Positions 31,151 through 46,001 of a stretch of 64,000 nucleotides of DNA are shown piece by piece. The notes under the pieces were generated by a model. That model was not told the DNA's origin, did not search any database, and saw nothing but the letters and a program-made list of their open reading frames with translations. Position numbers and translations under genes: made by a program. This DNA comes from the human T2T-CHM13v2.0 reference genome, Homo sapiens, in the NCBI RefSeq assembly GCF_009914755.1, contig NC_060926.1; one strand, given 5' to 3'. The first letter of the stretch is position 1; every line of letters starts with the position of its first letter.

Positions 31151-31417
31151 TTTTAGTGGTACAGTCTGTTTCCCACTGCAGGTAGAGTTCGTCAAAGGGT
31201 TTTCACAATCGGGATTTTTCCCTGGTGCAACAACGTTTGTGTCCTGCCATAAAGAGTCTAGATGAACACGTGGTACTTATTTTCATTTCTATGAGTGCCC
31301 TTCGTTTGCAGGACACAAATAACTGAAGTTTGATCCAGTCTGAAGTTTAGCAGCCTTCTTCTTTAGCAGACTGTAATTTTTAAACCTTCTTTGCCTTTTT
31401 TTTTTACAAAGGAAAAG

Positions 31418-31522
31418 AGATGGTTTATCACAAGCTGATCTTGAACTCCTAGGCTCAAGTGATCCTCCCACATCTGCCTCCTGAGTACCTGGGACTATAG
31501 GTGCATGCCACCACACCCATCT
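31418..31522 (-). mobile_element. Alu fragment
   Basis: cttgaactcctaggctcaagtgatcctccc...gggactataggtgcatgccaccac. Confidence 0.8.
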
Positions 31523-32125
31523 GAAACCTTACCTTTTCTACTTGCAACCTCAACTTTGATAGATTTGGGTTTCTTCTTTGTTGGAAAGCCCAAATGTTTG
31601 AGTGAAAGAATCAAGTCCCTGCTTTAATGGCCCCATCGTACTTTTCCTAAGTTAGAGTGATTTTTTTCTAACTCTTCCTGGCTGGAGCTTTTTTCAGCCC
31701 TCCTTGTTTGGAAAGTCTTTGTACTTTCCCACCAGTGCAGTCAACTCAGCCACTCAAGTATGTGTGACTGATTCTTGCATCCAATTTGATTTCATTTTTG
31801 GAATTAACTTTTTTTTTTTTTTTCACTCTTTGGAGCAAGTAAATTTCTGGCCTTCAAGGGAATGGCTGAATGGCTGGATTCACATGGAAGGACAATACCT
31901 CCTACTGTGCTATGTCCTGGTTTCCTGGAGAAGTAATTCCTAATGAAATGTCACAATGTGGCAGACTGGTGTAAGTTGCCAGCTTTTTATTTTGCAAAGG
32001 ATGTTAAAAACCTACTATCTATTATCACTTCATGAAAGAAAGTCTCTTATGCCCCAAAAGGGAAAAAATCATAGTGTCATCATAAAAGATAATTTAAAGA
32101 AATTTGTTTTTAAGAAAAAGATGTA

Positions 32126-32325
32126 GCCAGGTATCGTGGCGTGCACCTGTAGTTCCAGCTAGCTGGGAGGCTGAGGCAGGAGGATTGCTTGAGCCCAGGA
32201 GTTTGAAGCTACAGTGTGCTATAAGCACACCTGTGACTAGCCATTGCACTTCAGCCTGGGCAACATAGTGAGACCCTATCTCTAAAAACTAAAAACTAAG
32301 AAACTAAAAAAAACTAAAAAAAAAA
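32126..32325 (+). mobile_element. Free Alu monomer (FRAM/FAM-like)
   Basis: agccaggtatcgtggcgtgcacctgtagttccagct...gagaccctatctct with A-rich tail. Confidence 0.85.
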
Positions 32326-33187
32326 GACAAATTTGCTATAGTATCATTTTGCTATAGCTTCCTTGTGCCATGGGCTGGTGAAATCACCAGGGAGCAGCAC
32401 TAGTGAATTACAGCTTTGGAGAAGTTGATAAAAGCTTCTTGAGGCTAGTCTGTTTGGATGGCATAACTATTAGGAACCTCTATTCTCAGGAAGAAACTGA
32501 AGGAACTTTGCAGAGTCCTTCATGGCACTGAGGAGTGTTTTGCATAAAGGAGTATGGTGGCCCATTCACACAATTCCTTTGGTAATATCAGATGTGTTAT
32601 CTTAGCAGTGTTTGGTTCTTTGGTAGGTTGGAGATTCCAGTGTAATGTCTGCAACATGAACAGTCATTGTGAAAGTTAACTTTAGATATCAAAACTGCCA
32701 CTCCCTAACTAACCAAGGGAGAGTGCTAATTTTGACAGGCTGCTGAAAGAGGATTTAACAGTAGCACAGACCTTGAGCAGGGATGGCATCATACTTAGCA
32801 TGTCCTGTTCTATTATTTAGGGCAGTCTCTCTCCTCTCTAGAGGAGAAGCATAACCCAAAAGGGAAGGCCTGTGGGCCATTCACCTTTGCTCTTCTGAGC
32901 TACTCATATAGGTTTGTTAAATTAAAAAAAAAATCAATATAATTTTTAAAAGATGCATGTTAATCTAAATAGCTTTAACAAGGGCATTCTGAAAAAAAAA
33001 TGGTAATATCATTACCACATAATTATGGATACAGTGAAGTTACATCATAACAGCATTTAATTTAGGTGAATTTAACTTTAGGTGGGGCCGGGGGTGGGGG
33101 AGGAATAATAATTAGAGAGGGCAGTTTCCCCTGGCATTCCAATCAGTGGTCAATGTCCCATGTAGGGTTGCTGTACTGTTACCTCAG

Positions 33188-33330
33188 ACCGGCGGTTCTC
33201 AAACTTTAGCTGCTCACCCCAAGTTTCTAATTTCAGTAAGTCTGAGCAGGGCTCCCCAAAAGTTACATTTCCTAACAAATTCCCAGGTAATGCTGATGCT
33301 GCTGGGGCAGGGACCGCACTTTCAAGGCCT
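33188..33330. mobile_element. MER5A-like hAT element
   Basis: cggcggttctcaaactttagc...gtttctaatttcagtaagtctg...catttcctaacaaattcccaggtaatgctgatgctgctgg...gaccgcacttt. Confidence 0.75.
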
Positions 33331-33909
33331 CCACCTCAGACCATCTGACATCATCCATGCTTTCCACAGTGTAAACATCTTGCCATGCTGAATGTGTGTA
33401 ATTCTAGTGTTTAATGGTATTTGTTTTTGTACACCATGGCCCTTCATCATAAGTCAACCCCTTCATCTAGTGCTCAGAGAGCTCCTGCATATTATACAGT
33501 TCCTGGCCTTCACTCTTACGTCACTCATCAAGACAGCCTGATTGTCTTGTGCCAAAATAAAAAGGGCAAGAAAGAAAAAATGCAAGGCCCAGAGTGACAA
33601 CATTTTCTCGGTCCCAGCAAAGATGACTATGGGGGAGGCAAAGCCCCGGTAATCACACACAACTTGTTCTATTTAGAAGCAGCAGTCAGTATCCATGAAG
33701 GCAGAAGGATCCTCCTCAGGACTGAAAAGACCAACCCAACAACAACAAAAAAATGGTTTCACTACTACAAAATGTCACTTATAAGTGCAAATGGCAGTGA
33801 TACTGGTCGTGCCACCGTGGAAGGTCATCTGAGTCTCAGAAGGCTCCTCATTCTGTCTGCACTTGCACATGTTCTTCCCTCTGCCTCAAAGGAATGAATG
33901 AACAAATAA

Positions 33910-34453
<544 letters not shown>

Positions 34454-35240
34454 TAAAAATAATCACAGATGATAATTTGTACACTCTTAACGTCAATGTC
34501 CTGTTATGCAATTTCTCCGTTAAAAAAATTATATTTGTAGAGAAAAGGAAACCATAGGAACAACAACAACAATAACAACAGAATAAACTGACTTAATAAA
34601 TCTTGGCTTCTCCTTATCAAAGGGAAATTCCACTCTTCTATTTAATCCTTGACCCTCCCAGTAAACTGTAATCCTGACCCCAGGGGCCCCTCCAGTTACA
34701 AACATGTTGAATGACCTGGTGGAGGGATTTGGAAACTAACTTTGTCTCACCCTGAACTAGTACTGGTTGTTTATTTCTTGCCTTGGTTTGTTTCTGGTTC
34801 TCTGAACCCCATCATCTCTGCTTACACAGGTGTGGCCCCCATCACACACACCCCTTGGAAAACATTCCTACTTTTCCTTGTCCCAGCATACTCTCAAAGG
34901 CATGTATTTTTCAAGTGTAGGATTCCCGATCGGCTGCTGAGGAAGGAGGATGTGCTTCTGAGGATACTCTAAAGACTATCCTGGCAGCCCATAAAATCAA
35001 AACACAGCCCCTCTGGCCTGGGAGACAGCAGAGCCAGAAGAGCTCAAAGGATCTGGGTAGGCTAAAGATGAGCTCACCAGGCCCTGGGTGGGACCCACAG
35101 CTTTTACTATTGCCTCCACCCACCATCCCATCTCAGCCTTTGCCCAACACAGGGAGGAAGTCCAGAACTACTGTGGATAAACACATGACAACCCAAAGAC
35201 ACAAACATAGTTATTTCTAAGCATACACTACTTCTGGTTT

Positions 35241-35666
35241 CCTTTCCCCTTTTCTTTCTCCTTTCCCCTTTCCTTTCCTTTCCTGTCCATCCCTCCCTCC
35301 CTTCTTCCCTCCCTCCCTCCCTCCCTTCTCTCTCTCTCTCTCTCTGTCTTTCTTTTTTTGAGACAGGGTCTTACTCTTGTTACCACGCCGGAGTGCAGTG
35401 GTATGATCGCAGCTCACTGCAGCCTTCCCAGGCTCAGGAAGCAATGGAAATGAGTCTGGGAGGTGATTCTCCCAACTCAGCCTCAGTCCCAGGGAGCTGT
35501 GACTACAGGCACGAGCCCCCATGCCTGGCTAATTTTTTGTATTTTCTGTAGAGATGGGGTTTTGCCATGTTGCTCAGGCTAGTCTTGAACTCCTGGGCTC
35601 AAGCAATTTACCTGCCTTGGCCTCCCAAAGTGTTGGTACTACAGGTGTGAGGTACTGCGCTCGGCC
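35241..35666 (-). mobile_element. AluJ with expanded polypyrimidine tail and an internal insertion
   Basis: TSD tacttctggtt; tail converted to (CCTT/CCCT/CT)n at 35241-35359. Confidence 0.9.
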
Positions 35667-37428
35667 TACTTCTGGTTCTTTCGGCGAATTGGTCCGAAGA
35701 ACAGGATTGGGAATCAGAAATTTGTCCACCATGACCCTGTTTAATTTAAACTCTAACTCACAAAGGACCTGGGGCTTCTCTTCCACACTTAGTCCATGGG
35801 ATACTGCAAAACCAACTTGGGAGTCAACTGCTAACTGGGAAGATTCCTTTACATAATGGGCTTACCTCTGTTGCCTCACCTGTAGTAAGAGAGGCTAGGA
35901 TCACCCATCTCAGTCCCTTGCTAGTGCTACAATTTAGTTCTGGGAATGCCCCTGGGGTTGAGGGTCTGTAGAGTCTGAGACTGAAGAGGTTCCTGGCACC
36001 AAATCATCTGTGATGTTGCAAGGTGCAGTATACAGCTGCTAGCAAAATCCAACAAAATCTGGTTGTACTAGGAGTGCTCCTATTTTAATGTGAAGTCCAG
36101 CCCCAACATGGAGAGAGGAGTTAGGTTAATTCTGCCAGGTAATCAATGGAAATGAGCCTGGGAGTCAGGATCCAGCTGCTTCCACCCTGGATGTGATGGC
36201 CATTCATTTCTTTGTTCTTGCTATCAGTTTTATCTCTTGATAGCTGCTGTTCTCCCAATGTTGGCTTTTTCTTGTAATGTGACTATTCACAATTTTTATG
36301 ACATTTATCCCAATCCTCTGAGGGTATTATGCCCACTTTACAGTTGAAGAACCAAGAGGCCTCAAGACAAGGTGATGGAAGTGATTTTTGCTTCTGTCTA
36401 TGAAAGATTAACCATTGCAGGAACTGTCCTTCCACCATAAACAATTAGAAAACTGAACAAAATGTATGAAATTATTGTTTTTAATCATTGGATATGAGCA
36501 ATGCAAGACTCAACAAGAAGACAATAAGGGAAGCATTACAATTGCCTGAGCTTACTGCCAAGAGGCAACTTCTAAGCCCCAGTACAGAGAGGAGGAACCC
36601 AGAGCCCAGAGGTCTTGGCTCAGTTGAAACGATGAGATATCAGAGTTTGGGAAGACTCAGGCAGCTGGAATTTGTGGGGCACAATACCGGAGAGAACAAA
36701 TCTGTATAGTGAGAGAGCTCTGGAGATCTGTAGACCAAGGGACCCTGTGAATCTTTCAGCTGAATACTGATTTGCACATGCAAGGGGTGAAACTCTGAAA
36801 GGCTAGAAAAAGAACTGCAGAACTGCAAGAAAGCAGTGAGCTGGACAATTCCTGGAACTCATGTAGGCTCACAATAGTTATGTGTTCTCTCACCCAGAGT
36901 AGAGACCTTGTAACACATGGGACATCATGTAGGACCTCAGAAGGATCCTGTTAGAGGAGCTACATTTGCCCTAAACTAAAGGCTCCTCTTTGGATTGAAC
37001 CCACCAGAACTAAGCTTAAAAGCAAGTCTTGGAAGAATCCAACCAATCCTAAGTAACTCAACTGTGTGCTAAAACAAAGTCCAACACTTTAAAGAATAAA
37101 ACAAAATCCAATACCTGACAACATAAAATTAACATTGTCTGGCATCTAATAAAAAATTATAAGCACGCAAAGAAGTGGGAAAATATAACCCATAACCAGG
37201 AGAAAAAAAATTTAAAAATATCCTAAAATGACAGCAATAATGAAATTAGAAAGTAGAACATGAAAACAGTTACGTACACCTGCTACATATGGTCAAGAAT
37301 CTAGAGGAAGACTGAACATGATAAAGGGAGATATAGAAGATATAAAAAGGACACAAATGAAACTTCTAGAGATGAACAATACAGTATCTAAAATTAAAAA
37401 AAATTCACAAGATGAAAATAATAGCAGA

Positions 37429-38075
37429 GGCTGGGCATAGTGGCTCACATCTGTAATTCCAGCACTTTGGGAGGCCAAGGGAGGAGGATTGCTTAAGCCT
37501 AGGAGTTCAAGGCCACCTGGGCAACACAGTGAGACCCTGTATCATTCTTTTTAAAAGAGAACAGTAGTACGTTATACGCTGCAAAAGAAAAAGTTTGTGA
37601 ATTTAGAGTCACAAAAGTTGAAGCTATCAAAAGTAAAACAGATTAAAAAAAAAGAATGAGCATCAGCGACATATGGGACAACTTCAAGTGACTTAATTTA
37701 CATTTGAATGGAATCACAGAAAGAAAGGAAAAAGGGCAAGAGATGGAGGAAATATTTAAAGCAATAATGGTGTTGGGGGCTGGGCACGGTGGCTCACGTC
37801 TGTAATCCCAACACTTTGGGAGGCCACGATAGGAGGAGTGCTTGAGCCCTGGAATTCAAAACCAATCTGGGCAACATAGTGAGACCTTGTCTTTACAAGA
37901 AATTTAAGAATTAGGGCATGGTGGCATGTGCCTGTAGTCCCAGTTACTCGGGAGGCTGGGGTTGGAGGATTTCCTAAGCCCAGGAGTTTCAGGCTGCATT
38001 GAGCCATGATCTCGCCATTGCACTCCAGCATGGGAGACAGTGCAAGACCCTGTCTCTAGAAACGAAGAAAGAAAC
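37429..38075 (+). mobile_element. FLAM (37429-37540) and AluJ (37778-38075) within L1
   Basis: Alu consensus matches. Confidence 0.88.
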
Positions 38076-40057
38076 AAACAAAAAATGGTGCTGAAACATT
38101 GGATACCCATAACAAAAAAAAAAAAAAAAAAAAAAAAAAAGAATGCCAACCATATCTCATGATACACATGAAAATTAACGTGAGATAGACTACAGATCTA
38201 AATGTTAAATGCAAAACTACAAAACTTTAGAAGAAGTTTTGAGGGAGCATCTTTGTGACCTTGGAATAGGCAAGGATTTCTTCACTAGGGCATAAAAAGT
38301 CTAAAACACACAAAAAAATGGATAAATTTGACCTTATCAAAATTAAAAATGTCTGCTCTTCAAAAGACAATGTTAAGAAAATGAAAAGGCAAGCCACAGC
38401 CAGGTAAAAACTGTGCAAAACATTTACCTGTATAAAGGGCTTGTATTTAGAAAAAACTCTTACAACCCAGTAAGACAAACAACTCGAATTTAAAAAGCAA
38501 TGTATAAAAGATGTGAATAGGCACTTTACCAAAAAAGACATACATAGTCAAACATGACACATGAAAAGATGCTCAACATTATCAGCCATGCTTCTCATGA
38601 ATGCAAGGTGGGAATGCAAAGTGGTAAACATTTTGGTAGTTTCTTGTAACATTAAACAATCCTTATCATATGATCCAGTAACCCCTTTCCTAGGTTTTTA
38701 CCCAAGAGAAATGAAAACATATGACCGAACACTTCTATGTGAATGTTCAGAGCAGCATTATTCACGATCTCCAAAAAGTGGAAACGACCCTAATGACCAT
38801 CAACTAGTAAATTAGTATAAACAAGCCATACACACAATGGAATACTACTCAGCAATAAAATGTCACAACTCACACCATATTGACAGAATGAAGGATAAAA
38901 TTACAATATCATCTCAACAGGCACAGCAAGGTCATTTGCCAAAATTCAACATTCTTTTGTGGTAAAAGCACTCAACAAACTAGAAATGGAAAAAAACTTC
39001 TCCAACCTGACAAAAGGCATCTATAAAAAACCCACAGCTAACATCATACTTAATGGTAAAAGAGTGAATGCTTTAAGATCCCCTAGGATCAGGAATGAGA
39101 CAAGATGTCTGCTCTTGCCACTTCTATTCAACACTGTATTGGAGGTTCTAGCCAGAGCAATTAGTCAAGAAAAAAGGAGTCCACAATAGAACCTATTAGA
39201 GCTAATAAGTTTGTTCAGTAATGTTGCAGGATAAAAGATCAATATACAAATATCAATTGTAGCTCTATACAGTAGCAATGAACAATCCACAAATGAAATT
39301 AAGAAAATAATTCTATTTATAACAGCATCAAAAAGAATAGGAACAAATTATTTAATGAAAGATGTGCATGAAGTATATGTGCACTGAAAACTATAAAACA
39401 CCCACTGAAATAAATTAAAGAGACCTAAATAAATGGAAAGACATCCAGTGTTTGTGGATTTAAAGACATCATATTGTTATGATGGCAGTACTCTTCAAAT
39501 TGATCTACAGATTTAATGCAATCCCTATCAAGATTCCAGCTGGCTTTTTCTTTCCTCCCTCCCTCCCTCCCTCCCTTTCCCGCCCCCCCCCCAAACAAGC
39601 TGATCCTAAAATTCATGTGAAAATGCAAGGAACCCAGAATAGGCAAAGCAATGTTGAAAAATGAAGAAAGAGGACTCACACATCCTGATTTCAAGTTACT
39701 ATGAAGTAATGATAATCAAGACAGTGTGCTCCTGGCATAAGGATAGATACATAGATCAATGGAATACAATTAAGAATCGAGAAACAAACCCCTAATTTAT
39801 GGTCAACTGACTTTTTGACAAGGGTGCCATGACAATTCAATGGGGAAAGGATAGTCTTTTTGAAATACAGTGCTAGGACAAATGGATAGTCACATATGCC
39901 AAAGGAATGAGGCTGAATCTGTACCTCCTATCAGATATAAAAATTAACTCAACATGGATCATAAACTTATGAACTAAAACTGTAAAACTTCCAGAGGAAA
40001 ACATGGGTGCAAATCTTTGTGACTTTGGATTAGGCAATTATTTTAGACATGAAATCA

Positions 40058-40552
<495 letters not shown>

Positions 40553-41272
40553 TCACTTAAAAATGCGCAAAGGATCTGAAGAGACCGTTCTTTGAAGATA
40601 TATAAATGACCAACTAGCACTAGAAAAGATGCTCAAACTCATTAGTCATTAGGGAAATGCAAATCAAAAGCACAATTAGATCCCAGCACTAGGATGGCTA
40701 TTAATAAAACAGATGGACAGTAAGAGTTGGTAAGGATATTGAGAAACTGGAAACTTCATACACTGGTGGTAAAAATGTAAGATGGTTGCAGACTCTTTGG
40801 AAACAATTTAGCAATTCTTCAAAAAGTTAAACTTAGAGTTGGCATATGGCCCAGACATTCCACTTCTAGGTAAATACCCAAGAGAATTGAAAACACAGGT
40901 CCCAGCAAAAACTTGCCCATGAATGCTCATAGCAGCATTATTCATAACAACCCAAAAGTGAAAACAACCCAAATGTCCATCAAACTGATGAATGGATAAA
41001 CAAAATGTGATATCTATATACTGGAATATTATTCAGCCATAAAAAGAACAAAATGACCAACATGGATGAACCTTCAAAACATGTTAAGTGAAAGAATCCA
41101 CACATGAAAGGCCACAAAGGTATGATTCCATTTACATGAAATATCTTAAATAGACTTTCAAAAACTACTTGCATAAAAATTTAACTGACATGGGCAACTA
41201 CTTTCAGATTATCTGTGATGTGCAGCTGGAGCTGGGAAAGGCAGGAACAGAGAACACTGAAACCACAGATGT

Positions 41273-41580
41273 GGCCGGTCATGGTGGCTCATGCCTGTAA
41301 TCCCAGCACTTTGGGAGGCCGAGGCAGGAGGGCTGCTTAAGCCCAGAAGTTTGAGACCAGCCTAGGCAACAAAGGGAGACCTCTCTCTACAAAATAAAAA
41401 ATTAAAAACAAAAACAGAAAAACCACTAGGTTGGCATAGTGGCATGCGCCTGTGGTCCCAGCTACTCAGGAGGCTGAGGCAGGAGGATCACTTGGGCCCA
41501 TGAGGTTGAGGCTGCAGCGAGCCATGACTGTGCCACTGCACTCCAGCCTGGGTGACAAAGCTGCAAAAAAAAAAAAAAAA
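41273..41580 (+). mobile_element. AluJ
   Basis: TSD gaaa(c/t)cacagatgt. Confidence 0.9.
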
Positions 41581-44500
41581 GAAATCACAGATGTTCTGAG
41601 ACCCTAGTTGTTGACTAGAACGGTATTTCACTCCTGGGATGAAAATGTGGGTAGAAGGTTTCATGACACGGTTCTGCCACAGACACAACTCTCACATTAT
41701 ATGAGGCCTTTAACTTTGGTCACAGAAATGGACGGTGAATAAGGAGTCAGGAAAGCTCACCCTTTTCACTAACCAGCTGTGTAACCTTGGGTAAGTCACT
41801 TAAATTGCTATGATCTCTAAACTAAATTTCTAAAGAATTGTGGGCCTCTGTACTCAGCGCAAGGTTTGGAATTAACAGAGTAAACACCACGTTAACCTAG
41901 CAATCTAATAACATACCCTATATTATTCTGACTTCTGAAAGACAGCTAGGAAACATCTGTTATTTTAGAAGCTCACTGTTCCCTGGGAAAGATAATTTTG
42001 GCACAAGCAGCAGTTCAGATGACAGTTCCAGTGTTTTGGGGAAAACCAACTAATTTATTGACAACAAAGCCTGTTTTTTTTTTTTTTTTTTCCTCCTCCT
42101 TAAAATTTCATAGCTATAGGCCCAGAAATACAAAGTCCCCAGAAGACTCTAAAAATATGTTCTCAATTCCTTTTTATTTCCCACCCAGAGCTGAGAAAAC
42201 AGCACCAACTGTGTCATATTAAACACATCTGCATCCAACACTGATAAAGTGCATGACCGAGGAACAGATAAGAATTGTTTTCAATTTGTTAAAATGGAAA
42301 TAGTTAAATTTAACCTAATTAGACTAAATAATCAAAGCAGGTGTTTGTAAGATGCCAGTGTTTGTTTTCATTCTCTGTAACTGTTCAGCTATATTTCCCA
42401 GGAACTTAGGTAAAGGAAATTAATATGTCATAAAAATCACTGACCTATTTATTCATGTCACATATGTATTATTCATGTTTTAGGCAGTACAAATACAGGG
42501 CATTGTTGAACATTTCTCACAGATTTTACCATTTAAGCATCATCAACATCTAAGCTGGCCTGCAGAGGGGCTTATGTTACCTAACTTCCATTATATAAAT
42601 ACAAGCAGTAATAAATGAGAGCCTGTCTTCTAATCGTACACTGATCTACAGAGCGCACTGACTTGGCATTTAGACTATTTAGGGTTTCTGACTCCACTTG
42701 CACAAGCTGGTCACTTTTAAGACATTTAAAAGAAAAATAATAACAATAATAAAAGTTATATTCCAGTTAAAACAAAATGTTTATTGCACTTGGCAGAGTG
42801 ATGAGATCTGAACTATAAATATCAACTAACAAAGAAACCACAAAATGTAGTCACCAGCAGCCTGGTATTAGGAAGTGTTTTGTGCAGTGGCCATAGGTCC
42901 ACTTTCCAAGGGAAAAAGGGCAGGTGGCTGCCCGGGAGCAGTCAAGCGTGCTCTTTCTAATAACACGCTCCAGTCCTGGGTAGGCTCTCGTATTATTCCA
43001 CACACCCTCAGGATGGGAAACAGAAACACAAGCAAGAAAGGCCCCATAAAAGCCTGTGACGTGGAAGCTCCTGAAAAGGGGGTCCCTTCTCTGTGGCCTG
43101 GGCATTCTGCAGCAGGGACAGAAGCCTGGGAAGTTGAGTCCACGAAGAGGGTTCTCGGACTCCCTTCCCTAAGCGAGTGACTGATGTTTCCTGACTCTGG
43201 CCCTGGTTGTGCCGTGAGGCCACAGTGAGGGCAGCTGGAGAGCTCAGGATCTGCCACCTTAGCACACATGGGATGTTAGGCACTTCTCGCTATGCCTCAG
43301 TTTCTGTGGTCTCATGAAGGAACATTAGTACTTTCTTCATTAATGCACATAAAATGCTTGGCAGTGCTTGGCATAGAGATAGATGCTCAATAAATGTTGG
43401 CCACTATTATTATAGCCCCCTACAAACAAGGAGGATGAGATTGAAAACAATGTTTCCTAAAAATGAGGGTATAATGGGCATCCTATCCATATTTCAGGGG
43501 TAGGAAAACAGCCTTCTGAGATCATTTATATGAAGGGTATGGATGGACAAATCCTTATCAGCCTAAAATATTCCTATCTATGATTGCTATGTCATTTCTT
43601 TAGGATTAATCAATCCTCTTCATGAGTCATATTTCAATATATTACACATACACATAATTATAAAAGAACCAAGTTGCATAAAATTTATAAAATGGAGACT
43701 AGGAAAGGAAAAACCCGCTCATAAAACCCAACAAGAGAGCTTAAAATGAAAGTCTGAAAGTGCAGGTAGGTATTTGTTTAAATACTTGGTAAAAGAAAAT
43801 GTTCAATTCAGTAGCTGTGACAGACACAATTTTAAGGGGTGTGGGCATAAGAGAAACAGAAAGTCCATCTGTCAAAGGGGTAAATATTTAGTCAAGTCTT
43901 AGATAGTATTTCTGTAAACAGAAATTTCAATGGAAAATTTCCAACCTGAGAGCAAATAATTTAAGATGGGTTTAATATAAGAATTAAAGCTCTCGTCTCC
44001 ATGTCGCTGCCCAGCCTGAGACCCAGCCCTCTGAGTCCTTGTGGCAGTTCGGCTTTTTCTTTCTTGTTCCCTCAACTACAACTGGACACTATAATTTTCT
44101 TTCCATTCCAGCAGGAAACTGATATATACTAACGATGACAGCTGGATTCAGAAGAGGAAAAAGAACACAGGGGACAGAGAGTCCTTGTGGGTTTAAAACT
44201 CAAAACAAAACCCCCAGATTTGAAAATTTTAAAACCTAGTTAATGGCTGAGGAAACCTCAAATGATTGGGAAGCACTATGATAAAAGTTTGAATTACATA
44301 AAACACATCATTATCTTAAGCTTTTCTAATAATCTTCTCTGCCTTTCTCCTTCACTGTTTTTCTCCTTGTTTATGCCCCTAGCCCTTCAACGTGGTTCTA
44401 AGACATGTCAGAGGTAGGAACAGCCTTCCAAGGCCATTTACAGAATAGGACTGGAGAGGGGATGAGCAGATGCTCCTCCATCCAAAAAAGTTTCCCTGAA

Positions 44501-44807
44501 ATTGTTATTACTTCATTTCCTTTGGAATAATCAATCCCTTTCAAGATTCATATTTAAATACATTTAATTTAAACATATGTATATACACATAATGAAACAG
44601 AATTATGTTTCATAAAATTAGTAAAATAGAAAATAAGAGAAGGAATCTCCCCTGTAATCCCACCATTCTAAAATAATTCCTTTTACCATAGCGCTGGCTT
44701 TCATTCTAGTCTGTTCCTCCATTCCCCACTCCCTACCTCCCAAACCCCTAATATTGATTATCAAAATGGCTGGGCAAAAGCAAAGTGAATGCATCTCCAG
44801 TTACATT

Positions 44808-45162
<355 letters not shown>

Positions 45163-46001
45163 TAAGGGTCCTAAAAATCCTGTAAGGATGAGGGCAGAGA
45201 AAGAAATGTCACATTGTCTTAAAAACCACACAGTCCTACTCTCTGTCTTAGATCGTCCAATGAACTCCTTTGTCTACAGGGTCAAATTGAGGCTCCTTGG
45301 ACTTTGGCCTGTGAATGAGGCCTTCCATGACTGAGTTTCTGCCTCCTCAGCCTCACCAGTCACACCTGCCTGGCCTTGAACCCAACACCCCAGTTGCCAT
45401 GTCCCTAGTGCTCTGAAGGCTGTGCTTGATTTGTGCCCTTACAGCTTTGGCCATGCTTCTACCTCTGTCTGTAATACCTACCTCCACCTTGCCCATCCTG
45501 GTGAATCCCTACCCACTGTCAAAACTCTGTTCAACCACTTCCTCTTCAAGGAAGTCTTTCCTGTCCTCTCAAGTAGAAATGATCTTTCTTTAGTGCCTCA
45601 AATGTGTCCCATACATACTTCCTTTAATACAGCATCTGAAAAATCCTTCATTGCACCTACTTATAAGACCAAGGCATATTCATCTCTATCTCCAGATACA
45701 AGTGCTCAATATATCTCTGAGGCTAGCAGGTCTGATGAATGAAAAAATAAATAAACAAGAAAAAAAATGATCTTTTTCTGGATCAGTCAGAGGGACAGGG
45801 GCAACCCTAATCAAGTGGACTCCTGACATTCTAAGCCAGGTATGTTATACTGCAGTGTTTTCCTAGGAAAGCAGGCATTTCTTCTTTCCTGAAGATGTTT
45901 AAAAATATGAGAACAGTGAAGGCGAGGAGGTGAACACAATGCTGCACGGCTGGAGGAGACTGGATTAGATGCATAGCTTCCAGCGAATAATAATGATAAT
46001 A

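Noticed and set aside
38114-38140. 27-nt poly(A) as the tail of a processed pseudogene
   Set aside because: No upstream mRNA-like sequence or TSD; sits at an A-rich position inside an L1 fragment.
38959-39664. Reverse-transcriptase-like peptides
   Set aside because: Short remnants of an old L1M ORF2 with stops and frameshifts; not active.
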